NCBI GenBank assembly: GCA_001600815.1
Contig: BCKZ01000008.1
Location: 124,001 to 188,000, forward strand
Reading direction: 5' to 3'
DNA from: Alloascoidea hylecoeti
Taxonomy: Eukaryota
DNA length: 64,000 nt
Within the stretch, counting starts at the first letter, position 1; each line of letters starts with the position of its first letter. The position numbers and the translations under genes were made by a program. The notes under the pieces are model-generated. The model worked only from the letters and a program-made list of their open reading frames with translations. It ran no database searches and was not told the origin of the DNA. Of this stretch, positions 48,413 to 61,252 are shown in pieces.

Positions 48413-50347
48413 ATGTGCTCACACAAACACAACGAATCAGTTTCTTCCGTATCAAACTGGCTCAACCAAATTGAATCTGCAATGAGACCCCAAGAACAAC
48501 AACCCCAGACACAAAAGAAAGATAAATCGGACTTATGGCCTCTGACTTTGGAAGTAGCTCTAATTGAGGGTTTACTCCAATATCACAAAAATAATAAAAA
48601 AGTATATCATGAAAATAAAAAAAATAGACATAATGGTAGAAGTATTGTTGTATCGGATTTCATATACGAGAAAACTGGTCAAAGAAGAACTCGTGCTCAG
48701 GTCTCAAGCAAATTACAGGTCTTAAAACGTAACAGACAACGTTATCATGAAATATTACATCTCATTGAAAGAGGCTCTTTGTTGAAACCTGAAGATCCGG
48801 CTGTTTTAGTTGAAGAAGCTCATACGAGAAGAAGAACTGTGAGAAATCGTACCAAAGATCTTATGCATAAGAATGATCATCCTTTAATTAATAATAATAC
48901 CTATAATGATATTATTCCTACTGGTTTTAATTTATCATTTGATTACTACAATAAAATTGTCCATCCAACTTCATTTTCAAACTTTAAAGAATCACCAATT
49001 AATGTAATTTCTGATATTTCATATTTTAATAATAAAACTTATCAATTTAAAAAATTATTACAACAAACTTTATCTTCAGCATCTTTAAGTGGGAAAGATT
49101 CTACTATTTTCCATTGTATCTCTAATTTATATATTCATGATTTAATAATATTAACTGAAGGTAATTTTAAATCAAATTTTTTAATTGCAAATTTACCAAA
49201 TGATTTTATTAATAATGAAAATGAAAATGATATAAATGTTCATACAAGAATTTTTCAATCAAATCATGTTATTTGTGATTCGAATGAAATTATTAAACCA
49301 TTAATTTCAAATTCAAATTTACATTCAAATTCAAATTCTTTAGAAATTCCATTTGTTAAGAAATTTTGGTCTGGATTTTTATCATTTTTAGCAAATGGTA
49401 CAACATTATTTGAAAAAACAAATCAATTACAAGATTTATATCTTATTTCAAAAATAACAAATAAAAATAATCATTCTGAATATGTATTTATTTGGGAATT
49501 TCAATTATCACAATGTATAAATGATGCTTCTACAACATTTACAAAATTATCTAAAAGTTTATATACAACAAATCTTGGCAATAATCCATCAAATTTTAAT
49601 CTATACAATCAACAACAATATCAACCACCTCAATTACAACCAAGTTATTATTTTGGAAACAATAATACGATGGAACCAACGATTGGAAGATGGAGAGCAA
49701 ATAGTAATTTGGCTTCAATTGATCCAACAAAACCATTCTCATTACCAAATTTAAATATGACTTCCTTTAATAATAATATTATAACAAATCCTGTTACAAA
49801 TTCATTTGATTTATATTCAAATTCTGCGTTAACTTCAAGTCAAACAATGAATCTTCCATTAACTTCAACAATATCAACAGCCCCAGTCACAAATTTAAAC
49901 ACATATGACCTAAATGATGTATTTTCATTAAACTATAATCCATCACCACTTCCACTAACAACATCATTATCAACATCACTATCAACAACAACAAATTCAA
50001 ATCCATTAACATTAAGTGGTTACGATATGTGTGAATCATCACTTTCAACTTCAACAAGTTCAGATTATGTTGATCTTGAATCATTATACGGATCAACAAA
50101 AGATTCATCATCAAGCTCAATAACGGGTCCATTAACACCAACAACTACATGTTCAATTCCATCAAATAACAATATTCATTCTTCTAATAATAACTTTGAT
50201 GATACAGATCCTCAATTATATTCAAAAGGTTTATTATTAGAAAATAATAGCAATATTAATGGTTTAAACTGTAATAGTAAAAGAATCAATGGTGATGTTG
50301 AATATAATACTGATAGTATTTCTATAAAGAAAGAAAAATTCATATAA
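48413..50347 (+). CDS. TEA/ATTS-domain transcription factor (Tec1/AbaA-like)
   Basis: DLWPLTLEVALIEGL...NGRSIVVSDFIYEKTGQRRTRAQVSSKLQVLK is a TEA domain; start placed at ATG 48413 (frame is open from 48167); Ser/Thr/Asn-rich C-terminus. Confidence 0.85.
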   Translation: MCSHKHNESVSSVSNWLNQIESAMRPQEQQPQTQKKDKSDLWPLTLEVALIEGLLQYHKNNKKVYHENKKNRHNGRSIVVSDFIYEKTGQRRTRAQVSSKLQVLKRNRQRYHEILHLIERGSLLKPEDPAVLVEEAHTRRRTVRNRTKDLMHKNDHPLINNNTYNDIIPTGFNLSFDYYNKIVHPTSFSNFKESPINVISDISYFNNKTYQFKKLLQQTLSSASLSGKDSTIFHCISNLYIHDLIILTEGNFKSNFLIANLPNDFINNENENDINVHTRIFQSNHVICDSNEIIKPLISNSNLHSNSNSLEIPFVKKFWSGFLSFLANGTTLFEKTNQLQDLYLISKITNKNNHSEYVFIWEFQLSQCINDASTTFTKLSKSLYTTNLGNNPSNFNLYNQQQYQPPQLQPSYYFGNNNTMEPTIGRWRANSNLASIDPTKPFSLPNLNMTSFNNNIITNPVTNSFDLYSNSALTSSQTMNLPLTSTISTAPVTNLNTYDLNDVFSLNYNPSPLPLTTSLSTSLSTTTNSNPLTLSGYDMCESSLSTSTSSDYVDLESLYGSTKDSSSSSITGPLTPTTTCSIPSNNNIHSSNNNFDDTDPQLYSKGLLLENNSNINGLNCNSKRINGDVEYNTDSISIKKEKFI

Positions 50348-52079
50348 ACTATTAATAACCATATATAGATTAAGGTTAAAGTTTTATCATTTGTCTTTCG
50401 GATTATTTTATGAAAATTAACTTTTTTGAATTAAGATGATACATAAACAAAAGTTGCAATATTGTTTTGTATCCTGTTCGTTTTTTTCGTTTTTTTCCCC
50501 CTTTTTTTTTCCTTTCTGTGGCATTGCTTTTCTTCATTACTATATTTTTATCATCATACTGTTAGATGGATATCGATTGCAATTATTGTTTTCCTAGCTT
50601 GTAATTGTAACTGTCATTTGTTTTTTTCATTTGCTTTTTTCATTTGCTTTTTTCTTATATACTATTATATATGTCTATTTCTATCAACGTGTATTATTCT
50701 AATAATTTACTTATTTATTCATTTAAAATGCTTGTTTATTTTTATATATTTCTAGATTATCTTGTTCAATATAATATAAAAATGTTATTACTCGGTTATT
50801 CGTTTAATCACTTTCAAAACATAAAGAAGATCATGATGATCTGATCTTAAATCTGTAAGTGTTGTATTATGATTTGTTTATACTCAAAGGTAGATTATAA
50901 AAGAAGTGTGGATCTAGACTTATGAAATGGTTCGATCTACAATTAAGTATAATATGCGACGTTCGTAGATCCCAAATATTATATTTCTATCTCTATCATG
51001 TACTCAGTATGTTAACATCTAAAACTGTAAAAATATTATTATTAATTTTGTGGGTATTTTATCTCTTTTTTCTTTAAAAAAATTTCAAATACTATAGAAA
51101 ATAATATCTAAATCTCTATTAAATAATTTAAATGACATGAGCAATTATAATATGTTTACTTTCATACCCCTATGATTGGCGAGGGAAAAAACCGGACTAC
51201 ACACTTTTTTTTATACCTTATGTTATATAAAAATGATTGACAAAGAAGGATATCCGATTCTCAACAAAGAATGTGGTGTGCACTTGTTCAACCGAATTGG
51301 ACTTAACTGTCATATATGCAACTGACTATAACGTTAATCCCCTTAACTCAATGATGGGAATCTCTAAAATTTAATAGATGGAATGTTGCGTAGGAATCGA
51401 ACCTGGTTAATTATAATCAAATATTTTTTAATTCACGACACTTTATTAAAATATATATAATTATGCATATATGCAGATAATATAAATGATGAATTGAATT
51501 TCTAAATTTAAATTTTAAGATAACTTTATATTAAGCTTTTTTTTTGGTTCACGGCGCCGACGGTACTCTTTAAATTTGTATCAGTCGATAAAATTATGTC
51601 ATTAATTATAAATATTCTCGAAACTCGTATATTCCATACAATTTCAGTCGTGATCTATGTTTAATTTTTAAGCGATGGGAATGTTCGTTTCGCAAATTTT
51701 TACCGTTCTATTAAAATTTAACTTTATGATTATTATACTATTAATTAAACCCCATCATAGTCAGGTACCGGCAGCATAACTCGTTTCCAGTGGGGAGATT
51801 ATTTAATACTTACATGTATGGATGGTAACTTATATCACAAAAGTTTAAGAAGTATGTATTAATCATGATTCCCAGGAACTGAAATTGGTGTATCCTATTT
51901 GGTGGCTCAATTTAATTAAGAAAAAAGGAAAAAGGAGAACTCTTAAGTTACCCTTATGAGTTCATGAAGGAGGAAACTCTGAATATAGGCCAAGAATAGG
52001 TAGTGCTACACTCGATTTTTAAATCACTGCACTGTGCCTCTTAAAAATAACAAATATATACAGTGGTGAGAATCACATC

Positions 52080-52850
52080 TAAGAACAAATTTCAGTTTCT
52101 TTGAAGTTGGAAAGTTCAGCCTTTTCTTTATGACACTATTCTCTAAGTACACCATTATAGTTCATTCTCGATCGTCTTATGTGTTTTAGACATCTTTTCC
52201 ATGATTAAATGCATTTAAATTAGTTTTATATCAGTGCTTCTATTCCATGTAAAACCTATTATTCATCTGACTTCAACGTCAAATTTCAGTTGTTTCTAAT
52301 TTTTTATTACTTCAAATACGAGTACGACATGGTACGTTTATACAATAAAAACTACTAATTTGTTTTCAGCAGCCATTTCAGTCATATTTACTCAACTTAT
52401 TAATATACAAGATATAATCAGCATTCGTGCTAGGAACAATGGCTTCATTTCTAGAATATAATGCTGTTTGTTTAGTGTTAATTATGGGCAGCATACATGC
52501 AGGTAGTAAATGAAAAATGTACATGTGTTATTCGATGTAGAGTTTGAAACTTTTATTATAAGAGAGATAGAAAATCATAAAGGTATAGGGCTCTGTTTCA
52601 AGAATATAGTTATGCAATGAATTGTTTTGAGATACTTCTCATCACCAACATTAAAGACAAACCAAACGGCCAGTTAAATTGTGAACTTCGAATTTGGCTG
52701 CTCTAATTTACTGTTTCCTTTTTTTTATTTCCACATGCTATTTAGCTATATAGTATCTTCCAATTATCACCATAAATCAACCCCTAACTCATCGGTTCTT
52801 GTCCATAATATTATCAAGCAGATTTTTGAAGATGTATGTTATTTTGGCTT
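52080..52850 (-). mobile_element. Possible hAT transposase remnant
   Basis: Correctly ordered but very degenerate motifs: HTSSKIC (~52830), IHC (~52615), DVEVR* (52263-52280; cf. DVxTRWN), LSNFKET. Confidence 0.35.
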
Positions 52851-53425
52851 AAAATTAATATTCTGCCCAAGACACAGAATATATGAGTTTATTCTTCTAC
52901 TTTCGGTATACTTTATAACTAAATTTGATTAAGATAACCTCGATTTAAGTATATCTTGACTAGACTGATTTAAATGTTATCATCTTGGAAATCCTATGCC
53001 TTCTTATAATCTTAAATGTGATTAAAAATTGTTAGGTTTTAAATAAATTCCCTTATAGGGTAATCATCACCTATATGCAAGAAGCTACATAAAATCACTT
53101 ACATATGAAGTATCATATGAACCAACGAAAAGTTGATTTTTTTAAAGATGTTATTTATATTCGGATATCACACTAGCATAACAAGTTTAATCCATAATTA
53201 TTCTAACGTATATTCTAAATTCCTGATATTATAGGCCCTATAAAACATCTGCACTAATTCATAATACCACATATATCTGGGATCAAATAATATACCCGAA
53301 ACAAAATGGCAATATTATAACCAGATACTAAACACTCTACAAAATCTTAAACCGTCATTAATGCAGCGCGTAATGTTCCATAGATACTAAAGAAGGTACT
53401 AGTCTAAAAAAATGACATTTTAAAT

Positions 53426-53923
53426 TTAGTATTTAGTGCAGCTCCTTTAATCCTACCTTAAATGGCTGCCGCTCTATGAATCTGATTATTAATGATATCC
53501 TATTAGCTTGAAGGGGATTCAAATAATAGATCTTTATTCGGTTCTACACCAGGTGCAGCTAATAAAATACACATAGCATCTTCTTGTCCCCCAACCAGCT
53601 CCTCATGATTCCCGTACTATGGATAGGTGTTTTATTCTGTTTGAGTATGACCCGTGACTCTCATCAAAATGACACTTAGAAAGATTCTACGTAGGAACGT
53701 GTGTTGTCTCCCTTTTTCTGTTATCCCAACCACTCTAGTGAAGTACCTCCTCATTTCTTTATTCAAGCCCATATCATAACAATCACAGACCCAGACTTCC
53801 CTATAATATATTCAAAGGCCAGGCGTGACTGCTTTGGAGCGCACACTTTCCTGGATCCGGATACGTGGAAGTCATTTTTATTTCAATAGCTATGGTATAA
53901 TTAAGAAGGGGTTTTGGAGGCAT
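53426..53923 (-). mobile_element. Tc1-type transposase remnant just downstream of tRNA-Ala
   Basis: KSGSVIVMIWA*I..GGTSL and GDNTRSYVE, with terminal TKY* (stop at 53426) as in Tc1 C-termini; related to the 7521-7560 peptide. Confidence 0.6.
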
Positions 53924-53978
53924 GTCTAAAAAAGTTTCATCATATGCATATACTCCGGTGTTAGAAAAATTCAAAAAA

Positions 53979-54052
53979 TGGACGACACCGGAATCGAACC
54001 GGGGACCTCTCGCATGCTAAGCGAATGTGATAACCAACTACACCAGACGCCC
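53979..54052 (-). tRNA. tRNA-Ala(AGC)
   Basis: GGGCGTCTGGTGTAGTTGGTTATCACATTCGCTT[AGC]ATGCGAGAGGTCCCCGGTTCGATTCCGGTGTCGTCCA; G3:U70 pair; T6 terminator. Confidence 0.97.
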
Positions 54053-54389
54053 TCTCTTGTTATGAAAGTAAAATAGGATTTTCTCCCTTCCGTTATTTGT
54101 TCTCTTAAAAAAACAAAAAAAAAGTTAATCGTGAGCGGATACTTCGGTTCATATAATTTTTAAATAAATTTTAGACGAAATAGGAAGGAAAATTGATGAA
54201 TTTTCCCGACTTTGAGACAGAAAAAAAAAGGACATAAAAAGGGGCTTTTAATTTGTTAAAGTATTCAAATATATATGCAGAAAGTTATTCATCAATATTG
54301 ATGTATGATGTTAAAGGAGTATTAAGAGTATATGGGTATCGCTTAAAGATTAACAATTTATTATTATAAACTCATTATATACAAAATGA

Positions 54390-54850
54390 AGAAATTAAGG
54401 TATCCTCGAGGCCTTGCCACTATATCACTTCAATTCGCTTTTCTTCAAACCACGACATGATAATACCAGCTTTTTGAAGAGGAGTATTATTTTGTATAAA
54501 TATTATCATACATCTGAAATGTTTGTCAAAATTTTCGAGATTGTATTTAGGCATTGTTCCATTGGAGATTATTTCGCGATATTTGCCAACGGCAAATCAC
54601 AGCCAACGAGCGCCAAATGACCCAAGTTCCTTGTGAACCTAGACAGATTTTTGTTTACCTTCTTACATAAGTCTTATCAATTGAAATAGAGGGTGGTAGA
54701 CCTTTCAATCGTATGATGAACAAAGTCACACAGCAGCGCTTAGCTTTACAGGAATCTCGCGATTCGCAAAATTGTTTCGCTTACTATACGCATCTTATCG
54801 ACTTCAGTGAAGCGTCCCTGGGTTAACTTGATAACCCGGAATCTCTCTAC
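54390..54850 (-). mobile_element. Tc1-type transposase remnant upstream of tRNA-Ala
   Basis: IFIQNNTPLQKAGIIMSWFEEK then IEVI*W (cf. IFMQDNAPxHxA..WF..IEVLxWP); nucleotide match to 5220-5240. Confidence 0.7.
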
Positions 54851-55181
54851 AATTTTTGTAAGTATAGTTACAATTAGGCTTATATATTTGATACGTACTT
54901 TAGAGTTATAACTTCGGGGAGTGGAAAAACGAAAGAGGGTATATATATGGATGTTGAAAAGTAATATTATTCCGCTAGGGGGCTGTAAGTTTCTTTTATA
55001 AACAAAAAAAAATTAATTTATAGTCTACCAATTGCAAGAGTAGCTATAAATTGGCAGGCATAAGTTAACACTATTATCAAAAATGTAATTATAATTAAAA
55101 CTAATGAAGAAACACATAGTGTTTCTAAAAAAAATAAGAACACAGAACTAAGAATCATATAAACCTATAACATATTTATTT

Positions 55182-56912
55182 CTAGCACCAGAAATGATAA
55201 GTACGAATGTACCATGGCTTTAATTTCAATAAGGCTTTGTCTTCCGCAATTTCTTGTTTCAAAATTTCCAAATCAAATTCTCTTCTACCAGTGTCGATAT
55301 CAACATTCTCCAATTTGACATAAAGTTCTTTTTCTTTTTTCCATATTTTGGCAAATACCCAAAATAAAATCACAACAGGTACAGCTAAATATGATTGAAA
55401 GAATACAGCAGCATCAGGAGATTCACCAATAGGATATAAAGCAACCCAAAACTGGGCAACTAAGATTAAAGCATTTAAAACAAATCCAAACCATGAACCT
55501 ATAACACCAGGTTGTGATACAAAAGCTAATTCATCAGTTCCACGACCATGATATGTTAAAGCACGTCTAAATCGAATATGACAAAAACAAACAGAGCCCC
55601 AAGTAAAAATTGAAGACAAGCCAGATAAAGCCAGTAGCCAATCGAAAACTTCACCTTCTTTTGGAGATGCTGACACAAAACTTAATAGACCAAAGAACAT
55701 TGATATACCAACAGCAACAAGTGGTCTTCCTTTTTTATCAATATATGATAAATAGTGTGGAGCTTGTTTCTGAGTTGAAAGAGCAACCAAAGTTCTTGAA
55801 CAAGCATAAACAGAAGAATTACCGACCGATAATACAGCGATCATAATAACAACGTTCATAACAGAGGGTAGACCTCCAATTCCAGCATTTCTAATAGCGA
55901 TAACAAATGGTGATGCAGATGCATCATAAGAAGTTGCGCCACTAACTAATTTTTCATCATCGTATGGAACTAAAAGACCAATTAAAGTCAAAGAAATAAT
56001 ATAGAATAAAGCGATTCGCCAAACAACTTGTTTTGTTGCTTTTGGTAATGATTTTCTTGGGTTTTCAGTCTCAGCAGAGGCCAGACCAACTAATTCGGTA
56101 CCAGCAAAAGAAAAGGCAGCAGTTACAAATACTGAACAAACACCTTTAAATCCAGCTGCAAAAGCACCAGGAGTATGCCAATGTTTACCACCTATATAAC
56201 CACCTTTTGGACCACCTCCACAGGTTAAAATAATACCTAAAAATATAAATGCAACAACAGCAATAACTTTAATTAATGAAAATACAAATTCTGCTTCGCC
56301 ATAACCTTTAACGCCAAAAACGTTGATTATTAAGATTAGAACATAAAATATCGCAATGAATGCTACATTATTAATCTCAGAGTTCCAAAAAGATATTGTG
56401 ATCGAAGCGGCGACCAATTCTAAAGGTAATACAATCAACCATTGTAGAGCATAGTTCCAACCCATCGCAAAGCCCCAAGAGGGGGAAATAAATCTTGTAG
56501 AATAAACAGAGAATGCACCAGGCATAGGAAAGGCAACAGCTAACTCTCCTAGAGCATGAATTGTAGTATATATCATAAATCCAACGAGTAACCAAGCAAT
56601 TAATAAAGCTGCTGGACCACCCGTAGCCAAAGCTTTACCTGAACCAATAAATAACCCAGTGCCGATCGCACCACCAATTGCAATCATTTGAATGTGTCGA
56701 TTTTTAAGTTTCCTTGCAAGAGGTGAATTCGCAGTTGCAATAAGTGCCCTTTCAGCTTCACTCAAGTTTGGGTCCATTTCCGCCATTTCATATTCTCTAA
56801 ATGAATCCTTAAAATTTTCCCATTTTGACAATTGCTTTGCTTCTGTATAAATTTCATCAACATTAACGGGCGCTGTCTTTTTATCTTCATCCGTAGAATT
56901 TACAAAAACCAT
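55182..56912 (-). CDS. GAP1: Yeast amino acid transporter (YAT) family permease, Gap1-like
   Basis: LKNRHIQMIAIGGAIGTGLFIGSG, GYGEAEFVFS, FSFAGTELVGL, C-terminal FWC; exact orthology within the YAT family is uncertain. Confidence 0.85.
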   Translation of the reverse strand: MVFVNSTDEDKKTAPVNVDEIYTEAKQLSKWENFKDSFREYEMAEMDPNLSEAERALIATANSPLARKLKNRHIQMIAIGGAIGTGLFIGSGKALATGGPAALLIAWLLVGFMIYTTIHALGELAVAFPMPGAFSVYSTRFISPSWGFAMGWNYALQWLIVLPLELVAASITISFWNSEINNVAFIAIFYVLILIINVFGVKGYGEAEFVFSLIKVIAVVAFIFLGIILTCGGGPKGGYIGGKHWHTPGAFAAGFKGVCSVFVTAAFSFAGTELVGLASAETENPRKSLPKATKQVVWRIALFYIISLTLIGLLVPYDDEKLVSGATSYDASASPFVIAIRNAGIGGLPSVMNVVIMIAVLSVGNSSVYACSRTLVALSTQKQAPHYLSYIDKKGRPLVAVGISMFFGLLSFVSASPKEGEVFDWLLALSGLSSIFTWGSVCFCHIRFRRALTYHGRGTDELAFVSQPGVIGSWFGFVLNALILVAQFWVALYPIGESPDAAVFFQSYLAVPVVILFWVFAKIWKKEKELYVKLENVDIDTGRREFDLEILKQEIAEDKALLKLKPWYIRTYHFWC

Positions 56913-58558
56913 TTTAAAATCGAATATCAGTATATGAAGAGGAAAAGAAATGCCAGCTCAGCTTATATAGAGATATTAATAGTTAATTGGATATATTAAA
57001 TAGATCGGAAGTAGGAGAGGGGTGTTATATATAAAAAAATGACTGGGCAAATGGAGACACGGCTGGTGCTGATAATGCAGGCATGCAATAGGGCCCAATC
57101 ATAAATATTAAAGTTTGTGCCCTGCATCGTCCCCTTCATTGGTGCGTGATCTTGTGTTGTAATAAAATGGGTCGATAATACTTGATATCTACTAAATTTG
57201 TTTAATTAATTGTATTTACAAGCATTATTTCATGCTGATGATATCTAATCATTAATTTATTTTCTGCATCTATCCAAGAAAGACTAATGGTTGTTAATAA
57301 TAAAAAAATTGATAATAGTATTATGATTAATGCATTACAACTTTTGTATATAGTCAGTTTTCATAACATTTCCTCCCTCTTTTCGACCAACCTAAAAACT
57401 TCACATAATCTTTATAAGTACACTTTTACCGCAACGTAAAATTTAAAGGCTTATATATCTTTTCCTATGTCTGTAGATCATGAAAGATATAGACCCCTAT
57501 ACTTGAACAACCTATGATGCTGGATGCCACTGTTATATTTACGCCGTGAGCAGATGCATATGCATTGGTCATAATTATTCATATTCATAAACAAGCAGTC
57601 GCTAATCATAGTTTAATTATGCGACGCGTAAAACATGATATCTTTTAAACCAACTGAGTACTAGTGTTATCACCATGTCAAAATAAACAACTTTCATTCA
57701 AAGTCGAAAAGGGACTGTAGACGTTTAATATTACTTAACATCATGGTTCACGTGTAGCTTCCCAATAACAAGATCTCAAATGCAGATCTTCCCTTAGGTA
57801 TAGGTTAAATACAACTCTTCCGATCGGGGAGTTTAATCAAACAAAACAAAAAATTCGGGTTTTCAGGAAGATGAGATATTGGTGCACGTTTATGAGTATC
57901 TCCAGATGCAAGTTAAAAGCAGCTCTAAGCAGATATCAATAAAAACGAAGGAACATTACGTGAGCAATTAATGGTCGCGACCTTTTTATACAGATATTAG
58001 AAGATGTTTCCAAGCGGCCTCGCGTTCTCTGTTCCTACAGATAATGCCCAAAGCTAATTCAAATAGTTCACATCTAGTTCACATCTGTTTTATATCGACG
58101 GGGATACATTGTGTTCACCTACCACAACCATTATTTGGTTCTCCATGACAAGCTACAGAATAAGGAAACCTTAGTTTCCGATCCTGGAGGAATTTTGAAT
58201 TCAAACTAAAAAATACTTTCTGGAAGCTGTGTATAGTAATATATTAGAGTTCCAAAGCTTAATAGACTTCCTTATGGTGAGGTCGCTGATAGCTATTTCA
58301 GACTTTCCTTTTTTACTACTTTGAAAGATATGGGATTATAAGAGCCGAATAAAGTATATTAAAGATTCTTTAAAATATCATGTTTACCGAGCTCGGACGA
58401 GTAAGAGTGTTGGAATGTAGGCATACAGTATAATTATATCGATATCAATTTGTTTATATAGATTGTGTTATGTGTATATCTCTAATTGCAAAATTAAATG
58501 GCAAAAAAAAAAAAAAAAAAAAATCTCGAACTATTGATTTTGTGTGACAATAAATTTA

Positions 58559-61252
58559 TTATACTTCACCATCAAACCATTCAGTTGAAAAAGGTATTGC
58601 ATCTGCGTCTGATGTTTCAAAATTTCCAATATCATTCATATTTATATCAGCATCATTATTAATATTAATATTCTCATAAATCTCATCGGTATTATCCAAG
58701 CTGTTACCATTATAATTTTGTAATTGATTAAAAGAATTTGAATCATATAAATAAGGAAATTGAAAATGTCTGGCTATAGGATCAGTAAGATAATCATCAA
58801 TATTGCTTACTGAATTAAACTCATTAATCATATTACAAATATTAGTTGAGCTTTGCGATTTATCATTTTCATTTTCATTTTCATTTTCATTTTCAACTTC
58901 AATTTCAGTTTCAGTTTCAGTTTCAATTTCAGTTTCAATTTCATTCTCTTGCTTTAAATTTGGATTCAGAACATCATTAATAATATCGTTTGATAAAGAT
59001 AAATCTAATTCACCACCTTCTGAATTGATTCCTCTGTCGGCGCTACAAAATGAAACAAACTCTGATGTTGAATTGAAACCATTATTATTATTAAGAAGAG
59101 ATTTATTCTGAAATGTTTTCGCCATAAGTGATGCTAAAAATGATATTTTCTGAGCATAAATATAAACAATTGAATATCTTTTTGTAACCTTTTCAAGTTC
59201 GAATATTACTGACATTAAAGATCTCTTTGAAGCTTCTCGAAATTCTCCTGATCTTAAAACTTCATATTCTGTCTCCGTTGTTGATAGTATACCATCTGGA
59301 TTTGATTTATAAATAAAATCAAAATCTGGTACAGAATATAAATATTCAGGTATCTGACTGCGCAATAAAATTGACACAATAAACATACTTGCTTTTAACA
59401 CTGATTTTAATAAAATTGGTAATATTATTGATAAGATTCCATAATCATAATAATTATTACAATCATTTAAATGTTTAAGTGAAAAGTGGAAAAGAGCCAT
59501 GGCAGTTAAACTTGCATATTTGAAATATTTATTGTTTAATTCTTTCTCCTCTGGCCCAAAATTAAGATATAGAATATAATAAGATATATGGATATATGCT
59601 AATAGTTCAATCCTTAGATTAATCAATCGTAATCTTTTATTTCTATTCAATAAAATTTCATCCGGTTTTCGAAGCAGTAAATCTGCAAACGATGGTTTAG
59701 TTTCTAAAAGAAAAGTTAACATCTTTTCAGTTATTGATTCAAGATTTGATCTTCTTGCTTTTGTTTTTAAATTCAATGATATCTGAAGTGATTCTCTTAT
59801 ATATTGACACGTTTTATACATCAATTGGTAATATTCAACCTCTGCTTGAAATATTGGATCATTTTCAACTGATTTAAATAATTTCAAAGGACTTGTATCA
59901 CTATCATTGGTATTCAAAATTAGTGGCCTACCCGTATCGCAAGATTGGGAGGCATCAGCCATAAGCACTATTGTCCACATTTGTCTCAGTTGATATTTAT
60001 TCATATCAGTTATCTCATGATATATATTATCAGGATCTCTGTTTAGGCGCAGCGAAAGAGCAATTTGACATATTCGTCCCAATATTATTGCATTGTTTTC
60101 CATACATATTTTTTCACCATATTCTGGTGCAACTGAATAATAAAATCTCAAGATTATTAAATACCCCATCATTTGAAAGGAATTTTTTGATAAAAATACA
60201 ACTGACACAGCTCTTTGTGAAAGAAAAGCAAATTCCTCCGGTATTTCAATATGATTATCAAAAATAGGTTTCAAATGTTTATATTTAGGAAGAGATAAAA
60301 GATAAATTGGATCACCATTCATATAAGGTAAACTTATATAACCAAATCTTAAAAATAGTAAAAAGGTAGCAAGTAATACGAAATCATCTGAATTATCAAT
60401 ATTATCAACTAAATCAATATTAAATTTATACTGTTGAGAGAATTTCATTGCTTTTAAGTCTAAAATCGTATTAAATTTTTCAAAAAAATGTTTACCTTGA
60501 TATGATGGAAATAAAGTTCTAATAACATGTACAGCATTCTTCAAAATTATATCACAGATATATTTATCAGGTAATATTTTTTCAACTTCAGCAATTAATA
60601 GTCTCTTTTTAATATAATTATTGAGAATAGGGTTGCTATTATTACTTATAGTATCATAACCAAGTAGCAAATTTTCTATTCCACGATCATTGAAATCAAT
60701 TATATTACTCTTTACCTCAGTTTCAATTAGATTTGTCGATTTGAAAGCAAAATTTAATATATGTTTAAAAATGGGATCCAATGATGATAAAATAGTTCTA
60801 CTCGTTCCTCCAAAATGAGTTGTATGATCTTGTCCAATATCTAACATTTGGAATTTAGTTGCTAGATCCAAAATAGGATCATTCTTGTTAATATTATCAT
60901 CATTCCCATTGTTGATTTTTATTTCTAGTTTCTCTGTTTGTTTCTTCTCTGTTTGTACTTCTATCTGTTTTATTTTTGACTCTAATTTTCTGATTTGTTC
61001 TTTTAGTATAGAATTAATCCTCCTATAATTTTCTTCCAAATCAATTTCATCCTCAGTTTTATATTTACAATAGTTGGAAAACCCAGTACTTTTGCAATTC
61101 CCACATACTGGCTTTCTCTTATCACACTGAATCGATACAATGTTAATTTTCATACTAGTCAATAATTAAGTTGAAAATCTTACTTTCACGTGACGTCTCT
61201 TACAGGCACAACAAGCAGTTGCTTTTCGATGACTTCCTTTGGAATAGGCCAT
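58559..61252 (-). CDS. Zn2Cys6 zinc-cluster transcription factor, 2 exons (61252-61184, 61126-58559), 878 aa
   Basis: Exon 1 MAYSKGSHRKATACCACKRRHVK splices via intron 61127-61183 (GTAAGA...CAG) to CDKRKPVCGNCKSTGFSNYC, completing six Cys; fungal TF middle region (LRLNRDP..LRQMW). Confidence 0.92.

Noticed and set aside
50462..50844. Phe/Ile-rich hydrophobic ORFs
   Set aside because: By-product of T-rich 3' flanking sequence
54414..54620. 68-aa plus-strand ORF
   Set aside because: Antisense to a Tc1 relic
61127..61162. ORF-track N-terminus MTSMKINIVSIQ of the Zn-cluster protein
   Set aside because: Intron sequence; the true exon 1 is 61252-61184
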